IMG/VR virus record: IMGVR_UViG_3300025646_006603
DNA: 57,360 nucleotides
Origin: an uncultured virus (IMG/VR IMGVR_UViG_3300025646_006603)
Taxonomy: Duplodnaviria; Heunggongvirae; Uroviricota; Caudoviricetes
Direction: 5' to 3' (one strand)
The notes under the pieces were generated by a model that made no database searches, had not been told where the DNA came from, and was given only the letters and a program-made list of their open reading frames with translations. Positions 1-10,737 of this stretch are shown one piece after another; positions within the stretch are counted from its first letter, which is position 1, and every line of letters starts with the position of its first letter. The translations under genes were made by a program, and so were the position numbers.

Positions 1-99
1 ACAAAATTAAGGTCACACACAGGATGGAACCCTGTTTACACTTTCGAATCTATGATGGATGAAATGATTGATTATTGGTTAAATTATTATACATTATAG
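1..99 (+). CDS. 3' end of an NAD-dependent sugar epimerase/dehydratase (GDP-mannose 4,6-dehydratase-like), partial
   Basis: Frame 1 reads TKLRSHTGWNPVYTFESMMDEMIDYWLNYYTL*, resembling the C-terminal 'KL...GW.P...F..M..EM' segment of extended SDR dehydratases. Glycosyltransferases lie just downstream. Confidence 0.55.
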   Translation, partial: TKLRSHTGWNPVYTFESMMDEMIDYWLNYYTL

Positions 100-124
100 T
101 AAATAAATTAAATATTAAGGATAT

Positions 125-847
125 ATGCCCGCAAGAAAGAATAGTAGTGAGATGAGTACCTCACAACAAAAAATGACAACAAAAGAATTCATAAACTCAT
201 TAGTAAAAAAGACACCAAGAAAAAAGTTTTTAACGGAATCACAAAAACATTATTTTGAAACTTTAGAAACCAATGAAATAACAATTTGTACAGGACCTGC
301 TGGTGTTGGTAAATCTTACATCGCCATGAACGCAGCGGTACAACTATTATTAGACCCTAACAATTCGTATGAAAAAATAATCATTGTTAGACCAGCGGTT
401 GAGGCGGAAGAGAAATTGGGAGCATTACCCGGTAATGTTGAAGAAAAATTAGACCCATATATTTTCCCATCTTATTATCTTTTAAATAAAATTATTGGTA
501 AGGACGCTAGAGAAAAATTAAAAAATTCAGATGTTATTGAGGTTTTTGCTTTGGCGTATATGAGAGGTATGAACATCGACAATTCAATTTTGATTTTTGA
601 AGAAGCACAAAACTGTACACCAAAACAAATGAAATTGTTGTTAACTAGAATTGGTTTTAATTCTAAGTTTTTTATCTCAGGTGACTTAGAACAAACCGAT
701 AGATATAAAGATAAAACACATTCAGGATTGTGGGATGCGATTGAAAGATTTAAAGGACTTAATAATATTGGTATATTTCAGTTTGAATCTAACGATATTA
801 TTAGAAACCCATTGATTACAAAAATTTTAGATAGATACGAAGAATGA
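125..847 (+). CDS. phoH: PhoH-family ATPase
   Basis: Walker A GPAGVGKS, plus RPAVEAEEKLGALPG, AYMRG, EEAQN and GDLEQTD motifs typical of PhoH. Confidence 0.95.
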   Translation: MPARKNSSEMSTSQQKMTTKEFINSLVKKTPRKKFLTESQKHYFETLETNEITICTGPAGVGKSYIAMNAAVQLLLDPNNSYEKIIIVRPAVEAEEKLGALPGNVEEKLDPYIFPSYYLLNKIIGKDAREKLKNSDVIEVFALAYMRGMNIDNSILIFEEAQNCTPKQMKLLLTRIGFNSKFFISGDLEQTDRYKDKTHSGLWDAIERFKGLNNIGIFQFESNDIIRNPLITKILDRYEE

Positions 848-1455
848 AAATCGCGGTAGACGTTAACGGGGTTTTAAGAGATACTTTTGGTAAAGCTGAA
901 CAGGTTTATCAAAAATTCTTTATTGATGATTATGTTAAAGAAGAAAATGAGGAAGAGTTTGAGTATAAATTAAATTTACCCGTAACATCTTTAAATTTAT
1001 TGGACCATTTTGCATTTCCCAAAAATGAAGATTTATATGATTTTCTTTATGTTGATTTCCCTATGAATATTTTTGGACATGCAGCTTCATTAAGTTCAAA
1101 TACATTTAACATTCTTAATGAAATTTATGAGGATTTAAGAGATGAAAATGACCTTTATATTGTATCTGATGAAATTCAAAAATCAAAACCAGCAACTCTT
1201 TTCTTTTTGTCAAAATATGGTTGTTTGATTGAAAGATATGTTTTTTATTCTAAAATAACATTAGAAAATGTATTTTCAGAGTTTGATTTATTGATTACTG
1301 CAAATCCTGACTTATTATCATTAAATAGAGAAAATTTAATTGTTGTAAAATTTGAAACAACATATAATGAGAATATTAAATCAAATTACACAATTAAAAC
1401 ATTAGATGAGTTTAAAAATCTATATAATGAATTAAAATTAAAAAATAATGATTAA
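844..1455 (+). CDS. HAD-superfamily, 5'(3')-deoxyribonucleotidase-like protein
   Basis: N-terminal IAVDVNGVLRD resembles HAD motif I (DxDGVL), with the second Asp replaced by Asn. ATGA overlap with phoH. Confidence 0.5.
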   Translation: MKIAVDVNGVLRDTFGKAEQVYQKFFIDDYVKEENEEEFEYKLNLPVTSLNLLDHFAFPKNEDLYDFLYVDFPMNIFGHAASLSSNTFNILNEIYEDLRDENDLYIVSDEIQKSKPATLFFLSKYGCLIERYVFYSKITLENVFSEFDLLITANPDLLSLNRENLIVVKFETTYNENIKSNYTIKTLDEFKNLYNELKLKNND

Positions 1456-1723
1456 AGTATTAGGTGAAATATATTATCTTGATTTCGATGAGTTAGACAA
1501 ACAAATTGAGATTATAGATACTATTAAAAAAGAAGATGAGGAATCTACTCATAATGTCAATTTGGTTAAATTTGAGTTATTTAAAATAATGATTGAAGTT
1601 TTACTAACAGAAAAAGAAGATTATGATGAAAATCTTGGTAGTTACGGAGCTAAAGATTTAAGTATTCCTTTTCGTCTGGCTTTTAATACTTTATTAAAAC
1701 ACAAAATTTTAAAAAGTTTATAA
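1448..1723 (+). CDS. hypothetical protein
   Basis: 91-aa ORF tiled tightly within the operon. Confidence 0.75.
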   Translation: MIKVLGEIYYLDFDELDKQIEIIDTIKKEDEESTHNVNLVKFELFKIMIEVLLTEKEDYDENLGSYGAKDLSIPFRLAFNTLLKHKILKSL

Positions 1724-1724
1724 A

Positions 1725-2789
1725 ATGGAATTAGAAAAAATTAAAAAAATCGAAGATTCAATCAGTAGGTTATCTAATCGAAATGCTAAAATATATTTTT
1801 TAGTACAAGATACTAAGGGTAACGCCAAAGGTTCTATTAGATACATTTACCAAATGGCAATGACACTAAAAGAAAATAATTTTAATCCTATTATTATTCA
1901 TGAAGCCAAGGATTATAAAGGCGTTGGAGAATGGTTAGGTGAAGAGTATATGGAATTACCTCACCAATCTATTGAAGGTCAGAATTTAGAAATCTCACCA
2001 GAAGATTTCATCATTATACCTGAAATATATGGTCACGTATTAGAACAAATTTCAAATTTTCCATGTGGAAAAATTGTTTTATGTCAGGCGTATGACCATA
2101 TGTTAGAAACATTAGCACCAGGTGCAAATTGGGCACAGTTTGGTTTTAGAAAAGCAATTACCACAACATTAGAACAGAAAAAATATATTACAGATATAAT
2201 GAAGGCAACAGATGTTGATATTGTTGAACCAACAATACCTAATATTTTTTCTGAAAAAGAAAAACCTTCTAAACCAATAATCTCAATCTCATGTAGAGAA
2301 CCAAGAGAAACAGCGAAGATAATTAAATCCTTTTATTTAAAATATCCACAATTCAGATGGATAACATTTAGAGATATGAAAGGTTTAACACAAGCGGAAT
2401 ATGCAACCTATTTGAAAGATAGTTTCGTATCTGTTTGGGTTGACGATGAATCAGGTTTTGGAACATTCCCAATAGAATCTATGGCATCAAGAACACCAGT
2501 AATTGGTAAAGTACCTAATATGAAACCTGAGTGGATGAATGATTATAACGGTATTTGGTCTTATGAGTTTAATAATATCATCGATATTTTAGCAGAATTC
2601 ATACAGAATTGGTTGGAAGATAATATCTCAGAATCTCTTTATGAGAATTCATTACAAACCGCAGAAAAATTTAAAAATGAATCTGAATTTACAACAAATG
2701 TTTTGAATTTATTCAATGAATATTTTGAAGTGAGAAAAGAAAGTTTTGAATTACAACTTGATAAAATGAAAGTAACAGAAGAAAATTAA
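1725..2789 (+). CDS. glycosyltransferase (GT-B / family 4-like)
   Basis: N-terminal G(S)IRYIYQMAMTL segment and C-terminal ESGFGTFPIESMASRTPVIG, matching the E-x7-E GT-B signature. Confidence 0.8.
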   Translation: MELEKIKKIEDSISRLSNRNAKIYFLVQDTKGNAKGSIRYIYQMAMTLKENNFNPIIIHEAKDYKGVGEWLGEEYMELPHQSIEGQNLEISPEDFIIIPEIYGHVLEQISNFPCGKIVLCQAYDHMLETLAPGANWAQFGFRKAITTTLEQKKYITDIMKATDVDIVEPTIPNIFSEKEKPSKPIISISCREPRETAKIIKSFYLKYPQFRWITFRDMKGLTQAEYATYLKDSFVSVWVDDESGFGTFPIESMASRTPVIGKVPNMKPEWMNDYNGIWSYEFNNIIDILAEFIQNWLEDNISESLYENSLQTAEKFKNESEFTTNVLNLFNEYFEVRKESFELQLDKMKVTEEN

Positions 2790-2791
2790 TT

Positions 2792-3595
2792 ATGGAAAAT
2801 TTTAACGTATCGGTAATTTTACCAATAGAATCATCTAAACATAAGGATTTTACTGAATATTATGAAAAATGTATTCAATCAATATTAAATCAACAAACAT
2901 CAGTTAATGAAGTTGTTATTGTACACTCAGGTGAAGAAACTCTCCAAAATATTGTTGAGAATTTTGATTATAGTGGTTTAACAGTAAACATTGTTAAAAA
3001 TGATGGTTCTACAGATTTTGCATCTCAAGTAAACTTAGGTGTAAGTAATTCAAAATCACAGTGGATATCAATCTTAGAATTTGATGACGAATATGCATCA
3101 ATATGGTTTAAAAATGTATCAAGATATAGTAAAGCATATCCCGAAATGCAAGGGTTTTTACCTATTGTTGTTGATGTTGATAACAGAGGAGTGTTTGCAG
3201 GTTTCACTAATGAAGCCACATTTGCAGCTAGTATGAATAGTGAGATTGGTATTTTAACAAATGAAGTTTTATTAAATTACCAAAACTTCCAAAGTAGTGG
3301 TATGGTAATTAAGAAAGAAATTTTTGAAGATTTTGGTGGTATTAAACCATCAATGAAACTAACTTTTGTTTATGAATTCTTATTAAGATTAACGTATAAT
3401 TCAGTGAACATTATGACCATTCCAAGAATTGGTTACAAACACACAAACTTAAGAGAAGGTTCTATTTTTTGGAACTACAAAAATGGTAGTACAATTATAA
3501 CTGAGGACGAGGTTAAGTTTTGGTTAGAATCGGCAAAAAAGGAACATTTCTTTACCAACGATAGAGGTATAAAATACGAACCACAAGATGCTTAA
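2792..3595 (+). CDS. glycosyltransferase family 2 (GT-A)
   Basis: VSVILPI start, 'CIQSILNQ', 'VNLGV...WISILEFDDEY' with a DxD-like motif. Confidence 0.85.
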   Translation: MENFNVSVILPIESSKHKDFTEYYEKCIQSILNQQTSVNEVVIVHSGEETLQNIVENFDYSGLTVNIVKNDGSTDFASQVNLGVSNSKSQWISILEFDDEYASIWFKNVSRYSKAYPEMQGFLPIVVDVDNRGVFAGFTNEATFAASMNSEIGILTNEVLLNYQNFQSSGMVIKKEIFEDFGGIKPSMKLTFVYEFLLRLTYNSVNIMTIPRIGYKHTNLREGSIFWNYKNGSTIITEDEVKFWLESAKKEHFFTNDRGIKYEPQDA

Positions 3596-4350
3596 TGTTT
3601 TTATCAGAACTAAGTGCAACATCTGTTAATAGTGAAGTTAAAAAAAGAGGTCGTAAACCAAAAGAAACGACTAATTATTTCGCTGAGCGTGAGGAACATG
3701 CGGTAAGAATGTTCCTCACTGCCAGTACTATGTCTGAAAAAAACGATATATATAATGAATTTTTAAAAGCACCTCTTGATAAAATGATTGAGTCAATTAT
3801 TAGGAGGTACAAACTATATAGAAAAGATATGGATTTTAGAGAAATCCATCATGATACTCATTCATTTTTAATTACAAAAGTAGATAAGTTTAAACCGGCA
3901 AGAAATAAAAAGGCATACTCTTATTTTGGTACTATATGTAAAAATTATTTGATGGGTCAGATAATAAAAGACCAAAAAGAAACTAATAGAAAAATTTCAT
4001 ACGAAGACATATCAAGTACATTAGAAAATAGACCTGATATGATATATTATTTAGAGTATGAAAAAGTAGAGCCGGATAAGATAATTCAAGAATTTTTAGA
4101 CCAACTTAAAGATTTTATTAAAACCGAGAATTTAAACATTAATGAAAAAAAGTTAGGGTTGGCATTGGTTGAGTTATTTGATAATTATGAAGAAATTTTT
4201 ATAGGGACAGATAATAATAAATTTAATAAAAATATTATTTTATTGTCTTTAAGAGAAATGACAAACCTTTCAACCAAAGAAATAAGGTCGTCTATGAAAA
4301 AATTCAAAAATCTTTACTATGAGTTAGTAAGAACAATGAGTAATCAATAA
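3595..4350 (+). CDS. T4 gp55-like late-transcription sigma factor
   Basis: 'KFKP...KAYSYFGTICKNYLMGQIIK' resembles the sigma region 2 segment of gp55-type factors (AxxYFTxIxxNxxxxxI). The size fits a minimal sigma. Confidence 0.7.
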   Translation: MFLSELSATSVNSEVKKRGRKPKETTNYFAEREEHAVRMFLTASTMSEKNDIYNEFLKAPLDKMIESIIRRYKLYRKDMDFREIHHDTHSFLITKVDKFKPARNKKAYSYFGTICKNYLMGQIIKDQKETNRKISYEDISSTLENRPDMIYYLEYEKVEPDKIIQEFLDQLKDFIKTENLNINEKKLGLALVELFDNYEEIFIGTDNNKFNKNIILLSLREMTNLSTKEIRSSMKKFKNLYYELVRTMSNQ

Positions 4351-4377
4351 AATCTTATTTTTTATATTTATAGTATT

Positions 4378-4752
4378 ATGGGAAGACCTAAGAAAAAAGA
4401 AATAGTACTATCCAAGGATTCGGTCCTTAGTTTAATGCAAGAAATCTACAATGAGTTGGTAGAACAAAGAGCGACTGCCGTAAGAATTCAGAATAAAATG
4501 TTGGCAATGTTGAAAGACCCTGAGGATATGACTGTTATAGGTCCTGTAATTAAAGAACAACAAAAAATAATAAACGATACAATCGAGAAAAAACTAACCC
4601 TTTCTAAATTACAATCTTCAATATGGGAAAAGGCATCTAATAATGATTCTGAAACTTTCAATTTAGCAGAAATGGATGATGATGTATTACAAGCATTAAT
4701 ACAAAAAGATTTAAGTAACGATAATAGAGACGAGGGTTATAGTATAAGTTAA
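4378..4752 (+). CDS. hypothetical helical protein (possible terminase small subunit)
   Basis: 124 aa, predicted helical and coiled-coil, preceded by TATTTATA. The TerS idea is speculative. Confidence 0.6.
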   Translation: MGRPKKKEIVLSKDSVLSLMQEIYNELVEQRATAVRIQNKMLAMLKDPEDMTVIGPVIKEQQKIINDTIEKKLTLSKLQSSIWEKASNNDSETFNLAEMDDDVLQALIQKDLSNDNRDEGYSIS

Positions 4753-4762
4753 TCATACTACC

Positions 4763-6697
4763 ATGTCTATAGATTTAAGTCAAGATAACGCAACCATAAA
4801 GGCAAAATTAAGTGCCTATGTTACCGTATTAGAGACAGATTCTAATGAGAAAAAACTTAATAAGGGTTTATTTGGTGATGCACAAGATTTAGATAATAAA
4901 AAAACAACTCAATCTATTTCTGAATTAACTTCAGGTGTTACAAAATCAATTAAAACAGTAAAAAATCAATTTGAAGAATTAATTGATATTTTTAAATACA
5001 CTTTACCTAATAATCAAAGTGGTTCATACAATAGTACATTAGTTAGATTATTTGCCCAAGCAGCAATTAGAACAAAAGAAAGAGTTTTACAAATCTTAGT
5101 AGAAGAGGTATTAGCCGCGATTGGGTGTTCACAGGAACAAACTTTTATTCTTAATCAAGCATTATACATTAAAGTTGAATCTATTGATTTATTTGACCAA
5201 TTAAAAAATAACCCTAACAGTGAACCTGCATCACTTATGTATGAAGCAGTATCAACATCTCCTGGAACTATTCCTTTTGCAATGAATAGAGCTTTGTATG
5301 AAAGAATACAAGATGAAGGAGTAAGTTTTAAAAACGATACTGGTAGTAATTATATAGGTTCTTCAGGTGGTGACATATTTGATTTCGAATATGTTAAACA
5401 AGATAATAATGGTAATGTTGGTAATTTCCTAAAAGTAACATTAGTAAAACAAACAAGTCCCGTTAAAAGAATATCAGATTTCTTAATGGATTATTACCAA
5501 TCTATAGATGTTCTTAATTTTGATGTTTTAATGGCAAATGTTTTTCAACAATTAACCGGATTTATTAGTATTGGTGGTGGGGTTTCAGACGGAAAACAAT
5601 TTGATATATCTAAATTTCAAAAAATATTAACACGTATAATGGGTTTATGTTTTGATGACACTCAAGAAATTGCGGTTAGTGGTAATGCTAAGTTATCTGA
5701 GTTAGATTTAATAGATGAATCATTTTTTGAATTAACTCCATTAGATTTAAGAAATATAGATGTTGAATTAAGTAATGTCAGACAAGGTGTTGTTGAATTT
5801 GAGGATTGTGATAATGTTAAACTACCTGTGGATGTCAACGCAATCAGTGGAGTCATAAGAAAAATTCAAGGAGAAACTAGTGATAGTAGAAAAGTTAAAG
5901 CGGTAGAAGATGCAATTGATACTGTTGCAAATAACAAAGATTGGAAAACTTTAACTCTACCTAAATTTAATATTAATGCAAATATTAAGTTAGATTTTAT
6001 AAAATCATTACCAAGAGGTATTGTTTGTACGGTACTTTCTCCAAAAGTAATGTTTGGTTTTATGGTTGCATTAAAATCTTTAGGTTCACTAATCGGTGAT
6101 AACATTGATAGTTTGTCTAGCTTTATGAATAGATTTAAAAAATTTATAGTAAATCTAATGAGTAGAATACTTTCAATCTATATAGAAGAATTATTCAATT
6201 TAATTAAGAAAAATATTAAACGATTGGTTGGTGACATTATAAGGTCGATTTCAATAGAAAGTCAAAATAAAAAAGTTAGGATATATTCAACAATTATATA
6301 TGCACTTTATTTATTAGGTAGTGCATTTTTAGATTACAGAAAGTGTAAAAGTATTGTTGATGAAATATTAAAATTATTAAACTTAGCACTTCAATCTTTA
6401 GGATTTAATCAGATTAGTATTCCTTTACCATTCTTAGCTGGAAGTGCATTACTACCAGGTGTATCAGATATTAGGGCATTTTCAAACACAATTGAACAAT
6501 TACAAAAATCAGGACTACCAACTGGTGACTTACCCGATGGTTCACCTAATCTTATGAATATAGGTATGTTATCTATGATTAAGGGAATGAATCAAGAACA
6601 GTCAGAAAATAGTAAAACAGAGGTGTTTATACCACCATTAACAATAACACCTGCAGGTGTTACAGTTCCCGCTAGAGGTTGGGGTAAATCATTTTAA
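4763..6697 (+). CDS. hypothetical protein, probably virion/baseplate-associated
   Basis: 644-aa ORF in the same operon as the gp5-like spike. Confidence 0.6.
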   Translation: MSIDLSQDNATIKAKLSAYVTVLETDSNEKKLNKGLFGDAQDLDNKKTTQSISELTSGVTKSIKTVKNQFEELIDIFKYTLPNNQSGSYNSTLVRLFAQAAIRTKERVLQILVEEVLAAIGCSQEQTFILNQALYIKVESIDLFDQLKNNPNSEPASLMYEAVSTSPGTIPFAMNRALYERIQDEGVSFKNDTGSNYIGSSGGDIFDFEYVKQDNNGNVGNFLKVTLVKQTSPVKRISDFLMDYYQSIDVLNFDVLMANVFQQLTGFISIGGGVSDGKQFDISKFQKILTRIMGLCFDDTQEIAVSGNAKLSELDLIDESFFELTPLDLRNIDVELSNVRQGVVEFEDCDNVKLPVDVNAISGVIRKIQGETSDSRKVKAVEDAIDTVANNKDWKTLTLPKFNINANIKLDFIKSLPRGIVCTVLSPKVMFGFMVALKSLGSLIGDNIDSLSSFMNRFKKFIVNLMSRILSIYIEELFNLIKKNIKRLVGDIIRSISIESQNKKVRIYSTIIYALYLLGSAFLDYRKCKSIVDEILKLLNLALQSLGFNQISIPLPFLAGSALLPGVSDIRAFSNTIEQLQKSGLPTGDLPDGSPNLMNIGMLSMIKGMNQEQSENSKTEVFIPPLTITPAGVTVPARGWGKSF

Positions 6698-6699
6698 TT

Positions 6700-6903
6700 A
6701 TGGACGAACACAAAATTAAAAATGTACTTTTAGATTATAGAAATAAATCTAACAAGGATTTAACAGAAGCCATGGATTTTTTAAATTCCGATTTTGAGGA
6801 AACAAAAAAAATGATTGTAAAATTAACTTACCATTTAGATGGTGTTGAAAGGGCTTACAATAAACTTTTAGAAGAATATCAAAAAAGAAATAATACAAAA
6901 TGA
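6700..6903 (+). CDS. hypothetical coiled-coil protein
   Basis: 67-aa ORF with an ATGA overlap to the next gene. Confidence 0.7.
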   Translation: MDEHKIKNVLLDYRNKSNKDLTEAMDFLNSDFEETKKMIVKLTYHLDGVERAYNKLLEEYQKRNNTK

Positions 6904-8537
6904 GTATAGTTGATAATATATTAAATACTCAAGTATTTTTTGCCGGTAGAGTTATTGACAACAATGACCCTATGTTATTAGGTAGAATACGTGCCTTACC
7001 TGAAACAGACAATGCACAAGAATTAGAAAAATCATCTAAAGATTTTAACGAAAATAGTATAACTCCGGATGAGAATGGTCCGTGGTCACCAAAAGACCCA
7101 TTCTTGGTTTTACCAATGTTACCTATCTTTATAAACCCTGTACCTGAAATAGGTGAGTATGTACATTTATTTTATCAGTATAGAAGCACAAGAACATCAA
7201 AAAACAAATTTTATATTCCAGGACCATTTTCTACACCTGTTAATTTAAAATATGAAAATATAGAGAAAGCCAAAACAGATTTAGACGCGGGTGTTAGAAC
7301 AAAAAGACCTGTTAATAATATAAAACAAAATCTTTCGACTGAAGCCGCTCAAAGATTATTTGAATCTAGAAAAGGTTTAGGTCAATATGATGGACGTAGA
7401 AACGCGGAATTTATAAATGACAAAACCAAAGGTGTTTTTCCTGAACCAAAAGATAATTCTTTATTGGGGAGAGGTAGTGCCGATGTTATAGTTAAAGAAA
7501 ATGATGTACTAATAAGAGCGGGTAAGTACAAACCTTTTAATCCTCCTACCCAACCAGATGCGAATGGAGATAGAGCATTTTTACAACTATCTAAATTTGA
7601 TTTTACTAAAACATTAGGAACTAAAAACAAAAGACAACGTTTAGTTAAAGATGATACTTTTCTAAAGTATTTGATTGAATATAATATATACAACCCTGAA
7701 AATACTCAGGATAGTTTTAGAGGTGATGTAACTCTTTATAAATTACCAAGTCAAGTACCACAAACAAATACAGCCAATTTTGATATCGATACTGTCATTG
7801 ATAGTACCATAAGTGTATCATCAGTAATTGCACAATTCGATAGTAAAACAAAAGACGAGGTTGTGACTTTTGTTAATGACTTTTTAACGGAATTTATGAC
7901 TGGTGAATTGTCTGAATTTTTTGATGTTAATGGTGCACTAAAAAATGGTGAACAATATCCATTTTACTTTAGACCAAAACGAAACTTACTAGCTATTTTA
8001 AATAATGTTAATTTAAATAGTGATTTAAAATCTATAGAAAATCTTGGGTATATAACAAATAAAATAAAAATTAATGATTTTGATACTACACCAGGATATA
8101 GTTTAGTGTATAACGCTAAAGGAGACGATTCTGTTCCTTACAGTTTGGTTGATGATTCGTTTTCTCCTGAAATAATTAACAATAGTGATGAAACAACCGC
8201 ATTATTGGGGGCTAAAAAACTTTATTTATTATCGAATAGTGTATTAGGTACGGGAAGTGGAAAAAGCCAAATAAATTTTTCAGATTTTGACATATACGGT
8301 ATAAGTCAAGATACTATTTTAAATGAAATACAACCAAACACATCATCAATGGTTAGAGGAGAAGAATTGATGGAATTGTTAAATTTAATTGTAAAATTTT
8401 TAATAACACACGTTCATCCTTATCCTGGTTTACCTCCCGTTCCTGTATCTCAGGATGGTACTAGCTCATCTGATATTCTAAAATCCATATTAGAAGCACA
8501 ACAAAAAATATTAAACGGCAATATTAGGATTAATTGA
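6900..8537 (+). CDS. baseplate hub/central spike protein (gp5/VgrG-like)
   Basis: N-terminal FAGRVIDNNDPMLLGRIRA matches the gp5 OB-fold motif (G.V.D..DP..LGR.RV). The C-terminal THVHP is the HxH metal-binding spike-tip motif. Confidence 0.8.
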   Translation: MSIVDNILNTQVFFAGRVIDNNDPMLLGRIRALPETDNAQELEKSSKDFNENSITPDENGPWSPKDPFLVLPMLPIFINPVPEIGEYVHLFYQYRSTRTSKNKFYIPGPFSTPVNLKYENIEKAKTDLDAGVRTKRPVNNIKQNLSTEAAQRLFESRKGLGQYDGRRNAEFINDKTKGVFPEPKDNSLLGRGSADVIVKENDVLIRAGKYKPFNPPTQPDANGDRAFLQLSKFDFTKTLGTKNKRQRLVKDDTFLKYLIEYNIYNPENTQDSFRGDVTLYKLPSQVPQTNTANFDIDTVIDSTISVSSVIAQFDSKTKDEVVTFVNDFLTEFMTGELSEFFDVNGALKNGEQYPFYFRPKRNLLAILNNVNLNSDLKSIENLGYITNKIKINDFDTTPGYSLVYNAKGDDSVPYSLVDDSFSPEIINNSDETTALLGAKKLYLLSNSVLGTGSGKSQINFSDFDIYGISQDTILNEIQPNTSSMVRGEELMELLNLIVKFLITHVHPYPGLPPVPVSQDGTSSSDILKSILEAQQKILNGNIRIN

Positions 8538-8560
8538 TATTTATTATTTAAAAGGTAGAA

Positions 8561-10078
8561 ATGTCAATTCACAAATCTTATTTTAATAAAAGTAATACAA
8601 TAATTTACAACTCATACACCAATACGGGACAAAACCCTATTGTGGAACTTTTCTATGGTCGTGTTGATAATGTAATTTCACCAAAAGGATATAGTCGTTA
8701 TCTTTTTGATATTAACTTAACATCTTTACAAAATAAATTCGATACCGGTGTTATATCTACCGGTTGTACAACAACAGGTATTACACATACACTACGAATG
8801 ACAAATACTTCGGCGTTCGATACCGAATTATTAAACACAAAAACATCTCAGGGAAGAAGAAGAGCCACATCATTTGATTTAATCTTATTTAAAATACCAA
8901 ACGTATCAGGTACTACAGGAGACCCACAGACATGGGATTCAGGTGTTGGATATGATTACTACAATAACTCAAGAGCATTAAACACAAGTAATGCTATGAG
9001 TATTCCTGACGCTTTAGCAACGGATAAAAGTTTTTCTGATAGACCTTCTAATTGGTTCCAAAGAACAACAATAGATAATTGGTCCTTACCTGGTTTATAT
9101 GATAATACCAATTCACAAACAGGAGCAACTTCAGGATTAAATTATAACCAATTAGTTATACTTGATACTCAACATTTTGAATTTGGTAATGAAGATATTG
9201 AATTTGATATGACAAATGAGATTAATTCTATTTTGTCAGGTGGTACTACAGGTAGTACTGGTTACGGTGTAGCTTATTTACCACAAGTTGAAAATATTAC
9301 AGGTTTAACTGAAAATTACTCAGTAGGATTTTTCTCTCCACATACTCAAACTTTTTATGAGCCATATTTAGAAACAAATTATGATGACTTAATTTTAGAT
9401 GATAGAAACGTATTCTATCAAGACAAAGTTAATTATCTGTATTTGTATTCTTATAGGAATGGTAACCCAATAAACTTTGATACAACACCCACTGTTGACA
9501 TATTAGACCAAAATGGTGATGGTGTAAACGGATTTACAGGTTTAACAACTTGTTTAGTAACCAAAGGAGTTTACCGTGTTGAAGTTTCAGGACTAACTGC
9601 AACTACAGTTCCATGTTTTTACTACGATAAATGGTATGATATCGAAATTGATGGAAACTCTGTTTCTGATGTTGAAAACGAATTTGTTTTAAAATCATCT
9701 GACGGGTACTATCAAATTGGTACAAGAACAGAACAACCAAAAATTTACGGATTTGATTATAGTGGTATCAAACAAGATGAAAAGATACTCAATACTGACG
9801 TAAGAAATGTAAGTGTCTATATTAAAAAGGCATATTCAGTTGCTGAAGTAATAAATGATATTGAGGCATTCTATAGAGTATATGTTATGGAAGGTACAAC
9901 AGAAGTTCAAGTACAAGATTGGACTCAGATTAATAGAACTCCTGACGGATATTATTTTGTATTTGACACTAGAGATAAAATACCAAATGAATATTTTGTT
10001 GATATGAAAGTGAATACAGACAGAAATGTTGATACTTATAAGAGAACATTAAAATTCCAAATAGTTAACAAAAAATAA
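8561..10078 (+). CDS. probable virion structural protein
   Basis: 505 aa, rich in T/G/N/Y with beta-like composition. Follows the spike gene and is preceded by TATTTATT. Confidence 0.55.
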   Translation: MSIHKSYFNKSNTIIYNSYTNTGQNPIVELFYGRVDNVISPKGYSRYLFDINLTSLQNKFDTGVISTGCTTTGITHTLRMTNTSAFDTELLNTKTSQGRRRATSFDLILFKIPNVSGTTGDPQTWDSGVGYDYYNNSRALNTSNAMSIPDALATDKSFSDRPSNWFQRTTIDNWSLPGLYDNTNSQTGATSGLNYNQLVILDTQHFEFGNEDIEFDMTNEINSILSGGTTGSTGYGVAYLPQVENITGLTENYSVGFFSPHTQTFYEPYLETNYDDLILDDRNVFYQDKVNYLYLYSYRNGNPINFDTTPTVDILDQNGDGVNGFTGLTTCLVTKGVYRVEVSGLTATTVPCFYYDKWYDIEIDGNSVSDVENEFVLKSSDGYYQIGTRTEQPKIYGFDYSGIKQDEKILNTDVRNVSVYIKKAYSVAEVINDIEAFYRVYVMEGTTEVQVQDWTQINRTPDGYYFVFDTRDKIPNEYFVDMKVNTDRNVDTYKRTLKFQIVNKK

Positions 10079-10524
10079 TGAAAAACGAAAGATATATGTT
10101 TTTTAGTAATCTTCAACAAATGAGAAGACAGTGTGACTTGTTGTTAGATTTAGATGAACAAATGGTTGAATCAATATTAGATAACGGTCATGATTGGGCT
10201 CAAGACCATATTGCAGAAGCTAAAAACAATTTGGACCAAGTTTTTGATTTCATGATGAATGAAACAAAAAAAGATAATGTTGATATGATAGAAGAGAGAG
10301 ATTTACTTGAACAAATTATACGTAGAGTCATTGACGAAAAAAAGAAAAAAAAGAAAAAAGACACAACACTCTGTGCAAGAGGTAAGTCAGCAGCTAAAGC
10401 TAAATTTGAGGTTTACCCTTCAGCTTACGCCAATGGTTACGCAGTACAAGTGTGTAAAGGAAAGATGCCAGGTTTAGACGGAGAAAAAAGATGCTCAGGA
10501 AAATATTGTTCAGGTAAAAAATAA
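10078..10524 (+). CDS. hypothetical phage protein with a basic C-terminal module (CARGKSAAKAKFEVYPSAYANGYA)
   Basis: Intact ORF. An acidic N-terminal half and a Lys/Cys-rich C-terminal module are separated by LLEQIIRRVIDE. Confidence 0.75.
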   Translation: MKNERYMFFSNLQQMRRQCDLLLDLDEQMVESILDNGHDWAQDHIAEAKNNLDQVFDFMMNETKKDNVDMIEERDLLEQIIRRVIDEKKKKKKKDTTLCARGKSAAKAKFEVYPSAYANGYAVQVCKGKMPGLDGEKRCSGKYCSGKK

Positions 10525-10556
10525 ATTGTATATTTGCACTTTAATTTTTACTAAAA

Positions 10557-10724
10557 ATGTCACACGTTACCTACCAACTATCAAAAGATGATGAAATAAT
10601 TATGGAAACTCAGGCTGTTGATGCAGAAAGAGCCATCGATTATTTCTATCTTGACTACCCAGAGATGTTTACAGAAGATGGGTTTTCAGTCAAAATCAAA
10701 AAAAAAGAAAAAGAGAGGGTTTAG
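10557..10724 (+). CDS. small hypothetical protein (55 aa; not in the ORF track)
   Basis: MSHVTYQLSKDDEIIMETQAVDAERAIDYFYLDYPEMFTEDGFSVKIKKKEKERV*. Preceded by a TATATTTG box at 10529-10536 and an A-rich leader. Confidence 0.65.
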   Translation: MSHVTYQLSKDDEIIMETQAVDAERAIDYFYLDYPEMFTEDGFSVKIKKKEKERV

Positions 10725-10737
10725 TCCCTCTTTTTTG
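10709..10737. terminator. bidirectional intrinsic terminator
   Basis: A-tract, GAGGG-N6-CCCTC hairpin and T-tract between convergent genes. Confidence 0.65.
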
